Shown in pieces: positions 50,016 through 61,424 of a DNA stretch of 64,000 bases; position 1 is the first letter of the stretch; each line of letters starts with the position of its first letter. Below the pieces are notes generated by a model, which made no database searches, was not told the DNA's origin, and saw only the letters and a list, made by a program, of their open reading frames with translations. Origin of the DNA: Octopus sinensis (Eukaryota); NCBI RefSeq assembly GCF_006345805.1, contig NC_043003.1:97712001-97776000 (forward strand). Direction: 5' to 3'. A program made the position numbers and the translations under genes.

Positions 50016-51601
50016 GTATGATTTACCTTAATTTTGTTGGTTTTCATATTTGTTTACTGATAGAGGGTTTTTGAATTCATGCCTTTCTGCAGGGGAGTAG
50101 AAACAGTGTCTCTAATTGTGGTACAGGCATGGCTATGAGGTAAGACATTTGCTTCCCAATCACATGGTTTCATGTTCAGCCCCACCACGGGACATGTGGG
50201 CAGATGTCTTCTACTATAGCCCTTGGCTGACCAAAGCCTCGTGAGTGAATTTGGTTGACAGAAACTGAAAGAAGCCCATTGTATATTTATATATATATGC
50301 GTGTGTGTGTGTGTGTTACTATCACCCTGCCTTGACGTTGTGTGGTAGTTGTAAAGGAGTGTCACTGTCATGCAAGTGGTGTCCTTCATTTCTCATCTTC
50401 TGTGAAAACATGTCTAGTTGTGGGGGGAAAATATTATCTTACATGGAAACAGGTGAGGGTTGGTATGGAAGGGCATCTGGCTGTAGAAAAAATTCACCTC
50501 AGCATATTCTGTCTGACCCAAGCAAGCATAGAAAAATGGACGTTAAAACAATAACGATGATGATGATGATGATGATGATGATGTGTGTGTGTTTGGCTGG
50601 ATGAATCTATGTCAGTTTTGATGATGAATATGTAGTTGTTCGATCAACTGAATTTCCTACTCACTGAATTAACGTGTAAGTGGCTGAGTATTCCACAGAC
50701 GCATGCACCCTTCATGTAATTCTCAGACAAGGTTCAAGGAGTACAACCCATCCAGCAAGGGTCTATGCAGTTTCTATCTACCCAATTCCACTCACAAGGT
50801 ATAGATTAACTGTAGGCTGTAGAATATGACTTTTGGCCAAGGTTCCAGGCAGTGGAATTGAACCTAGGATCTTGTGGTTATGAAACAAACTTTTTAACCA
50901 TTCAACTATACAGTGTTTTTATATATATATAATGAAGTTAAAAGTTACAGCTGGTCATAGAGTGACCATTGATTTTGCACCTATAAAGTGCTTAGGAGTA
51001 TAGGCGACTGAGAGCCTGATGAGTCACTTTATGCTGCTAAGTGCTTTAACCAGCCATAACTTTTAACTGCATAAAAAAAATATACATTACTACTCTTTAG
51101 AGTGTGCTTACTTTTGGGATATATGAACTACTGACAATATATACATATATATAAGGAAGCGTGCCGGTAAAAAGCACCATCCGAACGTGGCCGATGCCAG
51201 TGCCACCTCGACTGGCTTCTGTGCTGGTGGCACGTAAAAAGCACCAATCCAATCGTGGCCGTTGCCATCCTCGCCTAGCACCTGTGCCGATGGCATGTAA
51301 AAAACACCCACTACACTCACGGAGTGGTTGGCGTTAGGAAGGGCATCCAGCTATAGAAACACTGCCAGATCAGACTGGAGCCTGGTGCAGCCTTCTGGCT
51401 TCCCAGATCCCCGGTCGAACCGTCCAACCCATGCTAGCATGGAGAACGGACGTTAAATGATGATGATGGTGATGATGATGTGACATGAATATAATTTCAT
51501 AAGTGAAAAAAGATGTACCTTTGGATGTTATATGTGGGCCTATCAATTCATAAAAAGCGAAGATGACCAATTTTATATATATATATGTATATATATATGT
51601 G

Positions 51602-51640
<39 letters not shown>

Positions 51641-51699
51641 CTTCTTTCTTCTTCGTTATCGTTTAACGTCTGCTTCCATGTTAGCATGGGTTGGACGAT

Positions 51700-51950
51700 T
51701 TGACTGAGGTCACACCACATCTGATGCTTCTTAGGTCCAACTTTTCTCTGAAGGTACTAACACTCTGTTGAGTATGCACACTGACATTACACATCCATCG
51801 GAGCATACTGGCTTCATTCCTTGTGAGCTTACGCATGTCCTCAGCAGTCACGGCCCATGTTTCACTGCCATGTAGCATGGCTGTTCGCACACATGCGTCA
51901 TACAGTCTACCTTTTACTCTGAGTGAGAGGCCTTTGTCACCATATATAGA
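51700..51950 (-). mobile_element. RTE LINE relic fused to a family-C tail
   Basis: KGLSLRVKGRLYDACVRTAMLHGSETWAVTAEDMRKLTRNEASMLRWMCNV, followed by GTCCAACCCATGCTAACATGGAAGCAGACGTTAAACG. Confidence 0.85.
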
Positions 51951-52845
51951 CATAGATATATGGATACAGACATATACATTGTGTGTGTGTGTGTGTGTGT
52001 GTGTATCTTTTGGTAATAAAGTTGATGAAAGATATAAACATTGGCAAGCCTCTCCTTTTCCCAAAAGGCCATGTTACAGAGTCCCTTGAGATAATTGTTT
52101 TGTGTCAAGTTACAGAAACTCATTTGTCACTCTGTCAGAACTACAGAGCTGGCAGAAACATTAGCACACCGGGCAAAATGCTTTGTGGAATTTTGTCCGC
52201 CACTACATTCTGAGTTCAAATTCCGCTGAGGTTGACTTTGCCTTTCATCCTTTCAGGGTCGATTAAATAAGTACCAGTTACGCACTGGTGTCGATATAAT
52301 TGACTTAATCCGTTTGTCTGTCCTTGTTTGTCCCATTTGTGTATTGCCCCTTGTGGGTAGTAAAGAAATAAGAACTACAGTGAACCAATGATTAGCTTGT
52401 TGGAAGCCTGTAATCAATGCTGCTATTGTTCACATGGCACGTAAAATGCACCAATCCAACCGTGGCCGATGCCAGCCTCGCCTGGCACCAGTGCAGGTGG
52501 CACGTAAAAAGCACCCACTACACTTACGGAGTGGTTGGCGTTAGGAAGGGCATCCAGCTGTAGAAACATTGCCAGATAAGACCAGAGCCTGGTGCAGCCT
52601 TCTGGCTTCCCAGATCCCCGGTCGAACCGTCCAACCCATGCTAGCATGGAGAATGGACGTTAAACGATGATGATGATGATGATGATGAAATCATATTTGT
52701 TTGTATTGCTTTTGATATTTTATAATTGATAGAAATGTTTGAAAAAAAAGTAATTGTTAAACTAGTTGACTAAACTTGTGATTATTATTTTTTTTTATCA
52801 GTCTTTTTGATACTTATAACTATTCTTTTGATCATCATCTTGCAG

Positions 52846-52995
52846 GGGAATGAGATGGGAGAGACTCTCAGCCGTTTTGCCAACGAACTGAAACTTCCTC
52901 AGCATCATTCCAGCCACCGAGACTTGACTCCATATGCTGACCTGATGCTCTGGCTCAAGAATGCGAATTTCAATAGTTTTGTGAAACTCTCTAAG
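52846..52995 (+). CDS. EXOC1: EXOC1 coding exon 10
   Basis: GNEMGETLSRFANELKLPQHHSSHRDLTPYADLMLWLKNANFNSFVKLSK (human [22 protein letters not shown]); 150 nt. Confidence 0.95.
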
Positions 52996-53007
52996 GTAAA
53001 ATACAAC

Positions 53008-53250
53008 GATCTATCCGTCCATCTTCTCTGCTCGCTATTTCTGGTTGAGTCATGGAGATAGAGTCCTCAAGCATCTCCTCCGTAGACTTCTATCTGAAGC
53101 AACCGTCATTCAACTTTTCAGCGGGATTCCCAAGCACGACCATCTGAGACTATGGATATTATCCAATCATCTCATTCTCGGTCTACCCCTAGGTATCCTA
53201 CCATCTTGCAATTCTTTCTTCCAACATTTTAATCACACATCTGTTGTACC
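53008..53250 (-). mobile_element. LINE (RTE-like) 3' end just inside EXOC1 intron 10
   Basis: Minus strand GRIPRGRPRMR*LDNIHSLRWSCLGIP...VASDRSLRRRCL. Confidence 0.65.
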
Positions 53251-53982
53251 AGAGCTGTAACCTCTGAATGCATGATGTAGATTTGAAGGAGATTGGACAG
53301 ATATTTCTAGCTATTTGTACAGCCTCATAGAGGCTGTCTCATTGGTTTTAGTATCTTTATATAAGATAAGCTGGTGGTATTTTTCACTTGCTTTCTTGTA
53401 ATCAGTCTTAATAGTATAGCCAACACTCACAAGCAAATATGACTTCATAGCTTGTATCACACTTCTGCTAATTATTTTTAGTACCTCTGTAGTCTCATGC
53501 AAACATAGACATCCTGTTGGCCTTTCCACCCTTGACCTAGCAGCACATCAAGGATGTCACAGTTAGAAATAGATAGAGCTACAGCAGTAGCAGCATTCGG
53601 TTGGTACTCTTTTTTTAATTTTCGGTGGGGTAAGTAGATTGAAGCAATGGGAAACGATGTGCCTTGCTCAAGGACACAACCTACTGCCCAGTCCAAGAAT
53701 TGAACCTAAAACCTGATGATTATGAGCCCAGCACTGTAATTACTAAACCACATCATTTAGGCATCATTGCTTCTTAATAGCTGTGACACCTAAGACTGGC
53801 TGGATAAATAGGGATGCTGACTTTCCTACTTTTACAAGGGTGTTGGCAACATCAATGAAATGCTTTCAACTGGAAGTAAAAGTTGGTTTCTAGAATTGTT
53901 TTCCTTGAAGCTTATATCTTGAGCTATACAGTCATTGCTTTTTACTATCCATCCTGGTCTCTTGTTTTATGTCCTTCTCTAG

Positions 53983-54085
53983 GTATACACAGAATCATTG
54001 AGCAAGCTTTATAACAAAGAGATTCAAGATTTTCTAGAATGTGCGAAGCAGAGACTTGTTGGAAAGGGAGAGAAAGGCAAACTGA
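53983..54085 (+). CDS. EXOC1: EXOC1 coding exon 11
   Basis: VYTESLSKLYNKEIQDFLECAKQRLVGKGEKGKL; TAG/GTAAGT; 103 nt, phase 0 to 1. Confidence 0.95.
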
Positions 54086-54877
54086 GTAAGTATTTCTTAC
54101 AGTGATTCATTGTGAATTAAATAATAGCTTCATCGTTTGAGTTTTCATTTGCCTTAGGTTTAGGTCAGTATATGCTCTGTTTGTATTGTAGTTTATATTT
54201 ATACATTTTCTTAGAGCTGAGATTAATGTCACTTGGCTTGACAAGTCTTCTCATGCACAGCGTGTTGCCAAAGGTTTCAGTCACTTGTCGTCTCCATGAA
54301 GCCCAACATTCGAAGATCATGCTACTGGCAATGGGCAAAATTACATTTCATCGGTACCAAAAAGAGCTGTGTGTGTGTGTGTGTGTGTGTGTATGGTCAT
54401 CATCATCATCCTTTGTGTTTGTGAATAAGTTTTTATTTCCCTCGCATTCACTAGTTGATAAACAACGTTTTCCTGATGATGTTATTTGCTTGCAGTCCAC
54501 CACAAAAGCATGTCTGGGTTTCTTGACATATCTTGACATGTGCAGTCTTTGTAAACAAAGGAATCATTCACTTGGTGCCTTTGTATCCAGTTTGTAAATA
54601 GTTTTTTATGTCCACAGTGGTACTACAAACAAAGGAAAAAAAAGAACTCACTATGCTAGATAGAGTAAATATTTAATTGATGTGGTTATTGTCCCAGTTT
54701 TTAGCATTGTGTTCATTTGGGTTTAATGTCCTCTGTTCTTGATCATTCCTCTAGTGGGCCTGGCTGGCAGAACAGGTTCTCTTCATGGCTGATTTTAATC
54801 TGTCTGATTCATCATTTTGAACCTGTTTTAATAAACATAGAACATGAAATTCTGATATATATATATATATATATATA

Positions 54878-55300
54878 GGAGTGGCTGTGTGGTAAGTAGC
54901 TTGCTTAGCAACCACATGGTTCCGGGTTCAGTCCCACTGCGTGGCACCTTGGGCAAGTGTCTTCTGCTATAGCCTCGGGCTGACCAATACCTTGGGAGTG
55001 GATTTGGTAGACGGAAACTGAAAGAAGCCTGTCGTATATATGTATATATGTGTATATATATATACGTATGTGTGTGTGTGTATATGTATGTGTGTCTGTA
55101 TTTATCCCTCTAGCATTACTTGACAACCGATGCTGGTGTGTTTATATCCCCGTCACTTAGCAGTTTGGCAAAAGAGACCGATAGAATAAGTACTGGGCTT
55201 ACAAAGAATAAGTCCCGGGATCGATTTGCTCAACTAAAGGCGGTGATTCAGCATGGCCGCAGTCAAATGACTGAAACAAGTAAAAGTAAGTAAGTAAAAG
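54878..55300 (+). mobile_element. Family-A SINE, full length
   Basis: Both arms, (GTAAAA)n tail immediately followed by the fold-back element. Confidence 0.87.
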
Positions 55301-55303
55301 TAT

Positions 55304-55700
55304 ATATAAGGGTAAAATATGAAAAATCAATGAAAATGCACATTGTAAATAAAAAAAAGGCTTTTTATGACAGGTAACGACAAATATATACATTTAGATT
55401 GACTGAGGTAGTAATAAGAGTCATAAAAGTCATTATTATGAGATGATTATAAGATGATTATAAAGTCAGAAGGTATTAGCCAGTGTTTTCAAAGTGATGA
55501 ATAGCTTTGCGGAAACCACGGTACGCTTTGTTTTCTGACTTTATTATCATCTTATAAACATCTCATAATAATGACTTTTATGACTTTTATTACTACCTCA
55601 GTCAATCTAAATGTATATATCTGTCGTTACCTTTCATAAAAAGCCTTTTTTTTATTTACAATGTGCATTTTCGTTGATTTTTCATATTTTACCCTTACAT
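55304..55700. repeat. Fold-back: ~165-bp arms (~6 mismatches) and 61-bp loop containing a hammerhead-like motif on the plus strand
   Basis: 55307-55471 is the reverse complement of 55533-55697; motif at 55490-55530. Confidence 0.9.
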
Positions 55701-56330
55701 TTCCACGTGTATTTTATATTTTCTTTTTGTAACATATTTCTACTATATATATATATATATATATGTATAGACACACACACATACGTACACACACACACAC
55801 ACACACACATTCACTCACTCACTCTCTCTCTCTCTCTCTCTCTCTGTGTACTGCACTGTGACCAAATGGTCATGCATGGCATCCTCAACAAATGTTGTTT
55901 TCTCAGTGTATGGGTTTGTTCTCTCAAACCCATACATTGTGAATGAAATTGGGTCAGCAGAAACTGTACATAAAGCCCATTGTTTGGATCATCATCATCA
56001 TTGTTTAATGTCTGCTTTTCATGCTGGCATGGGTTGAACGGTTTGAGTGAGGATTGGCAAGCCAGGAGGCTGCACCAGGCTCCAATCTGATCTGGCAAGG
56101 TTTATACAGCGGGATGCCCTTCCTAATGCCAACCACTCTGAGAGTGCAGCGGGTGCTTTTTATATACCACAGTTTTATCTCACACTATGTCACTCTGATT
56201 CTGCCTGGGAATCATTAAGGACACATGCATCTGTGGTTGCTCAGCCACTTACGTGTTAACTCAGGAGCAGGTAATTCATTGATGGAACAATTAAACCATC
56301 ATTGTCAAATGATGGAAGTCTGCCATACAT

Positions 56331-56369
<39 letters not shown>

Positions 56370-56409
56370 GGATTCGTGTTCATATGTCATTGCATTTTAT
56401 ATATTTCAG

Positions 56410-56549
56410 ATCAGAAAACGTCTTCATCATCCAGTTTGACCAAAATGGCTGATAGGGGACGTTCCTCCTCAATCCAAAGTGTTGATTCTGTAACATTTTC
56501 CAAGGATGGATCAGATTTAGATCTCAGTTCTAGGCAATTGTTTGATCAG
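56410..56549 (+). CDS. EXOC1: EXOC1 coding exon 12
   Basis: (N)QKTSSSSSLTKMADRGRSSSIQSVDSVTFSKDGSDLDLSSRQLFDQ (human ...SDLDVADRTKFDK); TTTCAG/GTATGT; 140 nt. Confidence 0.9.
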
Positions 56550-56855
56550 GTATGTTTTAAACAAAGTGAATCTAGCTTGACAAAAATATTTTCTTTCTGC
56601 ATGTCATTGAGCGATGTTTCATTTGTCAACCAAAAAATTTTTTTAAGTGTTTGAGTTGCTTCATTGAATCCTTTTTACTATAGATAAAATGAACTGAGAA
56701 GGTCATAGGAAGAAGTAGCGAGTTAAGAATTTGGATGTTGAGCCTGTCACATGAGATGACAAAATATTGAGACAGGTGGTAATATGATATGGTACGATGT
56801 GATATAATATATATATATATATGATATGATATAATATGGTATATGATACTTAGAT

Positions 56856-56880
<25 letters not shown>

Positions 56881-56888
<8 letters not shown>

Positions 56889-57140
56889 TAAATTAGAGAT
56901 AAAACCACTATTAGGCAAATCAAACAATGAAAAACATAAGCCAATACATAAAATTAATTAATTTATATTATTTTAAATATATATCAAAAGTATTAAAAGT
57001 TTAATAACAGATAAAGAGTAAAACACTACGATCGTTTCATGGCTGTACAATTCGTAATAATTCGAGTTATGGTTACAGTCAATCTTCAGGTTAATTGAAA
57101 TATTTATCTTAGCAAGTATATGAAAAGTGGTATATGAAAT
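56881..57140 (-). mobile_element. AT-rich repeat carrying a hammerhead-like motif (57021-57093)
   Basis: Minus strand CUGAAGA-U-UGACUGUA...UACAGCCA-U-GAA-ACGAUCGU-A; palindromic helix III; weak helix I. Confidence 0.6.
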
Positions 57141-57229
57141 GATATAAATATATATATATGATATATAACATTTTATGTGTGATATCATATAATGCAGAAG
57201 AAAAGTTCAAAGGTCCTTCCTGAGCTATA

Positions 57230-57450
57230 GGTTCACAAAGCTGGTTTCCCAAATTTTGTCGCATATATATTCATGTCCTGGTCAGGACACTGGTCTGTTG
57301 CAGGATTACTCATTTTTGCCAGTTGGGTGAACTGTAGCAATGTGATATGAAGTGTTTTGCTCAAGAACACAGCACATGAACTGGTCCAGGAATCAAAGCC
57401 ACAATCTTATGATTATGAGTGCAACACCCCAACCACTAAGTCACACACCT
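57230..57450 (-). mobile_element. Older tRNA-SINE of a further family (also at ~53640-53760)
   Basis: GAAGTGTTTTGCTCAAGAACACA...GGAATCAAAG...CCACTAAG, the reverse complement of a tRNA-like head plus central domain. Confidence 0.6.
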
Positions 57451-57994
57451 CCACATGCTACAATACGATATGACAGACTTGTATGTCTCATGCCAGTGAA
57501 GGAAAATGGAAGGCTCAAATGATAATGGTGATGAAAATACCACAACTATAATTTTTTAAAACTTTTAATTTGTCTATACTTAAATGTTGTTTAATTAGTT
57601 TAGTAAGGAAAAGTCATGTTCAACTGGCAAATTGACTTCTATAGATGGTTAAAATATTTTGGATTTGAGGATTACTCGGATAAGTCTGATGTTTTGTCAC
57701 ACAAGAAACAAAACTTATTTTAAAAGATTTTACATTAAAGACGCATAATGAGTATGCTGACTGAAATATTGATGTAACCCTTTTTTTTTTACCGTATCTC
57801 TGTTGAAATACATTGACTTTGTTTTAATTAATTTTCAGAATAATCATAAATTTAGTAAAATAACTTCATCCTTGTTAAACTGGTATTAGGAGTATAAATT
57901 AACATTAATAAAGAAAGTGACAATCAAGTTGACTCTATTATCAATATAGGGTAACACCAACAGTAAATGCTCAGTTATTATTCTTAAAATTCCT

Positions 57995-58508
57995 TTAATC
58001 CTTTAGCATTTGAACCGGTCATATCTGACCCAGATGTTCTACTTGTTTTATAGTTAAATTGGCCATATCCAGCCTCTCACACCTACCCTACTGTGTCACT
58101 CTATTCATACTTACCCTACAGTGTCATTCTAAAAATAAACAGTCATGTCATTGAAATCTTGAAGCTAAGAGATAATTCATGATTAATACAAAACAATGTG
58201 AATAAATAAGTTCTACATTTGACAGAGTAATCTTAATGCTAAAGGGTTAAATAATAACTGTGAAAGTGGTACTAAGTTTTTAACTCTTTTGTTACCAACC
58301 CGGCTGAAACTGGTTCTGGCTCTGAGTACAAATGTCTTGTTTTCTTAAGTTTTGAATTAAAAATCTTCCACCAAACCTGAGTCACAATTCATGTTCCTAA
58401 CACTAGCTGAATGATAACTAAGTTATTTTGCTAAATTCTTTGTTATATTTCAAGTAATTGAAAGAAACACAGAGAATCTCAAAATAAATACAGTAATGAA
58501 AGGGTTAA
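57995..58508. mobile_element. Two adjacent piggyBac-like MITEs (57995-58250; 58280-58508)
   Basis: TTAA-TCCTTTAGCATT / AATGCTAAAGGG-TTAA and TTAA-CTCTTTTGTTAC / GTAATGAAAGGG-TTAA. Confidence 0.7.
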
Positions 58509-59027
58509 AAAAATTATTATTTAAATATTGATTTGGGCTGTCAATTGGTACTTTGTTGGGTGATACAACTCTCTGTTGTTAGTAGTTGGGTTGTTTTATG
58601 AGATAAGTGTATCATGAAGTAGCAGTGCTAGTTATCTCATGGGATACTCAAATTATCTCATGAGATAAATGATAGCAGCTACAGCCACATCCAAGTTAGA
58701 TATAAAAAAAAAGAAGAAAATTGTCTTCATATCTTCTCTCACAATAATGGGAACAGTATTAATGGGTCAGTATCTGAATCTTTATAGTATAATCATTGAA
58801 TTCACTTTTCTATCCTTAGTTTTTCTTCCTCATTATACCTCATACTAAGGTGGTTAGCTGGCAGAAGAGTTAGCATGCTGGACAGAATGCTTAGCAGTAC
58901 TTCATCTATCGTTACATTCTGAGTTCATATTCCACTGAGGTTGACTTTGCCTTTCATCATGTCAGGGTCAATAAAATAAGTACCAGTTGAATACTGGGAT
59001 TCATCCTATCAGGGTCAATAAAATAAG

Positions 59028-59238
59028 GGGAAGGTTTACTAAAATAAACAAAAGACGAAGGCAGGTGGAGTACAAACAAACAAATGTATTAATATAGCGC
59101 ACAGGAATAGAAATAGAAAAAGTCTTTTACATTTCGAGCCTACGCTCTTTGACAGAAAGATACACAGAAAAAAACAAGGAGAGAAACAAGGAGAGAAATA
59201 AATGCGTGTAGGAGCTAACGATCTATCATGGCGTCCTG
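59028..59238 (-). mobile_element. Second copy of the hammerhead-bearing repeat of 24627-24771, inserted into a family-B SINE
   Basis: 10-bp direct repeat ATAAAATAAG at 59018-59027 and 59239-59248; ribozyme motif 59123-59160 with G8A and C15.2U (CpG-type) changes. Confidence 0.8.
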
Positions 59239-59388
59239 ATAAAATAAGTACCAGTTGAGTACTGGGGTTACTGCTTCCCTTGCAAATACTGGCCTTGTGC
59301 TCAAATTTGAAACCATTATATCTGATACTCTCCCAGTCAAAATTTTCATGTTGCTATTTAAAAAAAAAAATCATGTTTTTGTTATTAG

Positions 59389-59484
59389 ATTTTGGATAAA
59401 GTATTATCAGAACTGGAACCAGTATGTTTGGCTGAGCAGCACTTCACAGTTCGATTTTTCCATTTGGCTGATAATTGTACATTG
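59389..59484 (+). CDS. EXOC1: EXOC1 coding exon 13
   Basis: ILDKVLSELEPVCLAEQHFTVRFFHLADNCTL (human [24 protein letters not shown]); 96 nt. Confidence 0.95.
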
Positions 59485-59914
59485 GTAAGTATACCGTGAA
59501 CTTGTTATTTGAAACAAAAATTTGGTGATAGATAAAATGAAGCTTTGTAGCTGTGAGCTTAAAACTTTGGACTATTGACCATACACACACATACATATAT
59601 ATATATTGCTATCAGTTCCTATATTACTGCAGCTGGCTACAATATTTGAATATGTATATGGAGTGAGGCATGGTTGTTTAGTAAAGGAGTTCACTTTTGA
59701 ACTGTGAAATTAGGTGATTTGTCCCCACTGTATGTTGTTGGTTAACATTCTATACCTCAGTAAAGAATCAACCAATACTTTGTGAATGAAATGACTAGAG
59801 AGAAACTGTAGAAGCCTCTTATATAAGCCTCATTATTTTATATGTTTTTTTTAAATTTGTCCAGTAAAGGGTTTCCTATTGATAGATGATATTATTATCA
59901 TTGTGGTTTATTAG

Positions 59915-59973
59915 GAACAGAAAACCAGCTCAGAAGACGAATCAGACCCTGGAGCTGTGAAAAAAACTAATGA
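59915..59973 (+). CDS. EXOC1: EXOC1 coding exon 14 (last one found; gene continues beyond the window)
   Basis: TTAG acceptor, EQKTSSEDESDPGAVKKTN+GA, GTAAGT donor; 59 nt, phase 0 to 2. It falls in the poorly conserved loop, so support is from splice signals and frame. Cumulative CDS is 1637 nt. Confidence 0.75.
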
Positions 59974-61424
59974 GTAAGTAATTTAATGTTTCCTACTTCT
60001 TTAACCTACCAATAGCCAAAAAGTGTCAGCAGAAGGGCATCCAGGAGTCATGACCTGGATGTGGCCTGGCCTCTTTAGGATATAAGAAGTTAAGGGCCAA
60101 AACACTAGTCTGAGTGGTGTTTCTTCTCTGAAGACCTTCTGCTGTTCAGGTCTTTTGAGAGTTTCTTACCACTGCCCTTCACATTATTTGCAATGCTTTA
60201 CTATTTTTAACTATTTTTATTTGCAGACCTTACATATAATGCTGGTAAAGTCTTTTTTCGTTTGTACTTTGTGAGTAAATTCTCCTCACTTTGACTGAGT
60301 GTTGTGGAAGGATTCTAACCACTGCTTCAAGTGACTAAAGGTGGACTGGCTCATTGTTATAAAGTAAAGAACTGTGAGCAATTGGCTGTTTAGATTGGTA
60401 AGCAGTTCACTGTGAGCCATTCATTGATTGAGGGCATTGAGTCTCGTGAAATAGTGATCGTATTGCATCGCGTAAATACTTTCTTTCCCCACTGTTTCAT
60501 TAAATTACATATCCAATACCAGGTTATAAAACTGACAGAAGAATCATTAACTTCTTGGTTAAGAAGAATGGGATGGGTAACCGACTTAAATGCAATTAAT
60601 CTGGAACTCAAAAAGATGGGAGTTAGGATGCTGTTTATGCTATGGGCCCTCACCTCCTGATGGAGTCTTAGGAGTATCATTGTGACATACTGTGTTTCTT
60701 GGTCAATGTTCGACCTGGTGGAGCTGCTTCCTCTGCAATTCTATCACTGTCAATTTCTTCCAAAGAGAGAGAGAGAGAGAGAGAGAGAGGAATTGATCTC
60801 AGATTAGAGCTGGTATTTTTTTATCAACGCTGAAAGGACGAAAGGCTAAGTTGATGTAATATTTGAACTCAGAGCACAGAGAGCTGAAATGAATATGACA
60901 AACCTCCAATGGTTCTACAAATTCACCATCTATGCTCAGGTATTGTTGGAAGTTACAAGAGATTTAGGGGTTCCCACTGTGAAGTACTCTTTAGAATGAA
61001 ACATTGTGATTAAAGCTTGGTATGGGTTTTAGAGAAAGGCAGTCTGCGATGGGTTGCTAATACTTGCAAGGGAGAAGCAATAGGTAAATTGAAAGAAAGG
61101 CTGGAGGTCAGATTGTCAGGTATTTAGGCAGGCTGTTATAATGGATAATAAAAATAGCAGAGATGAATAACATTGTGGTGGTGAGCTTGAGTTTGAAGAT
61201 TTTTTTTTAGCAAGGAAATTTCATTGATCATATGCTAGCTTTTTTCTGCATTTGATTAAAGATATCACTGATAGGAGGTGTAGCAAGATTCCATAGTAAA
61301 GACTATTTGCATCTTGAAGAAAGTCAGTTATCATCATCTGCAACTACCAAGTTTTGGAGTGGGTAGGTGTCTCATTTGACAATGATTCTCCCTTCATCTT
61401 CTGCTGCTATTATTGTTACATAAA

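Noticed and set aside
50975-51050. CTGATGAGTCAC hammerhead-like start
   Set aside because: No downstream GAAA or helix III.
60300-61400. Possible LINE RT relic or next EXOC1 exon
   Set aside because: Only faint motifs (YGFRERQS-like); no EXOC1 homology or splice-compatible frame was found, so it is not annotated.
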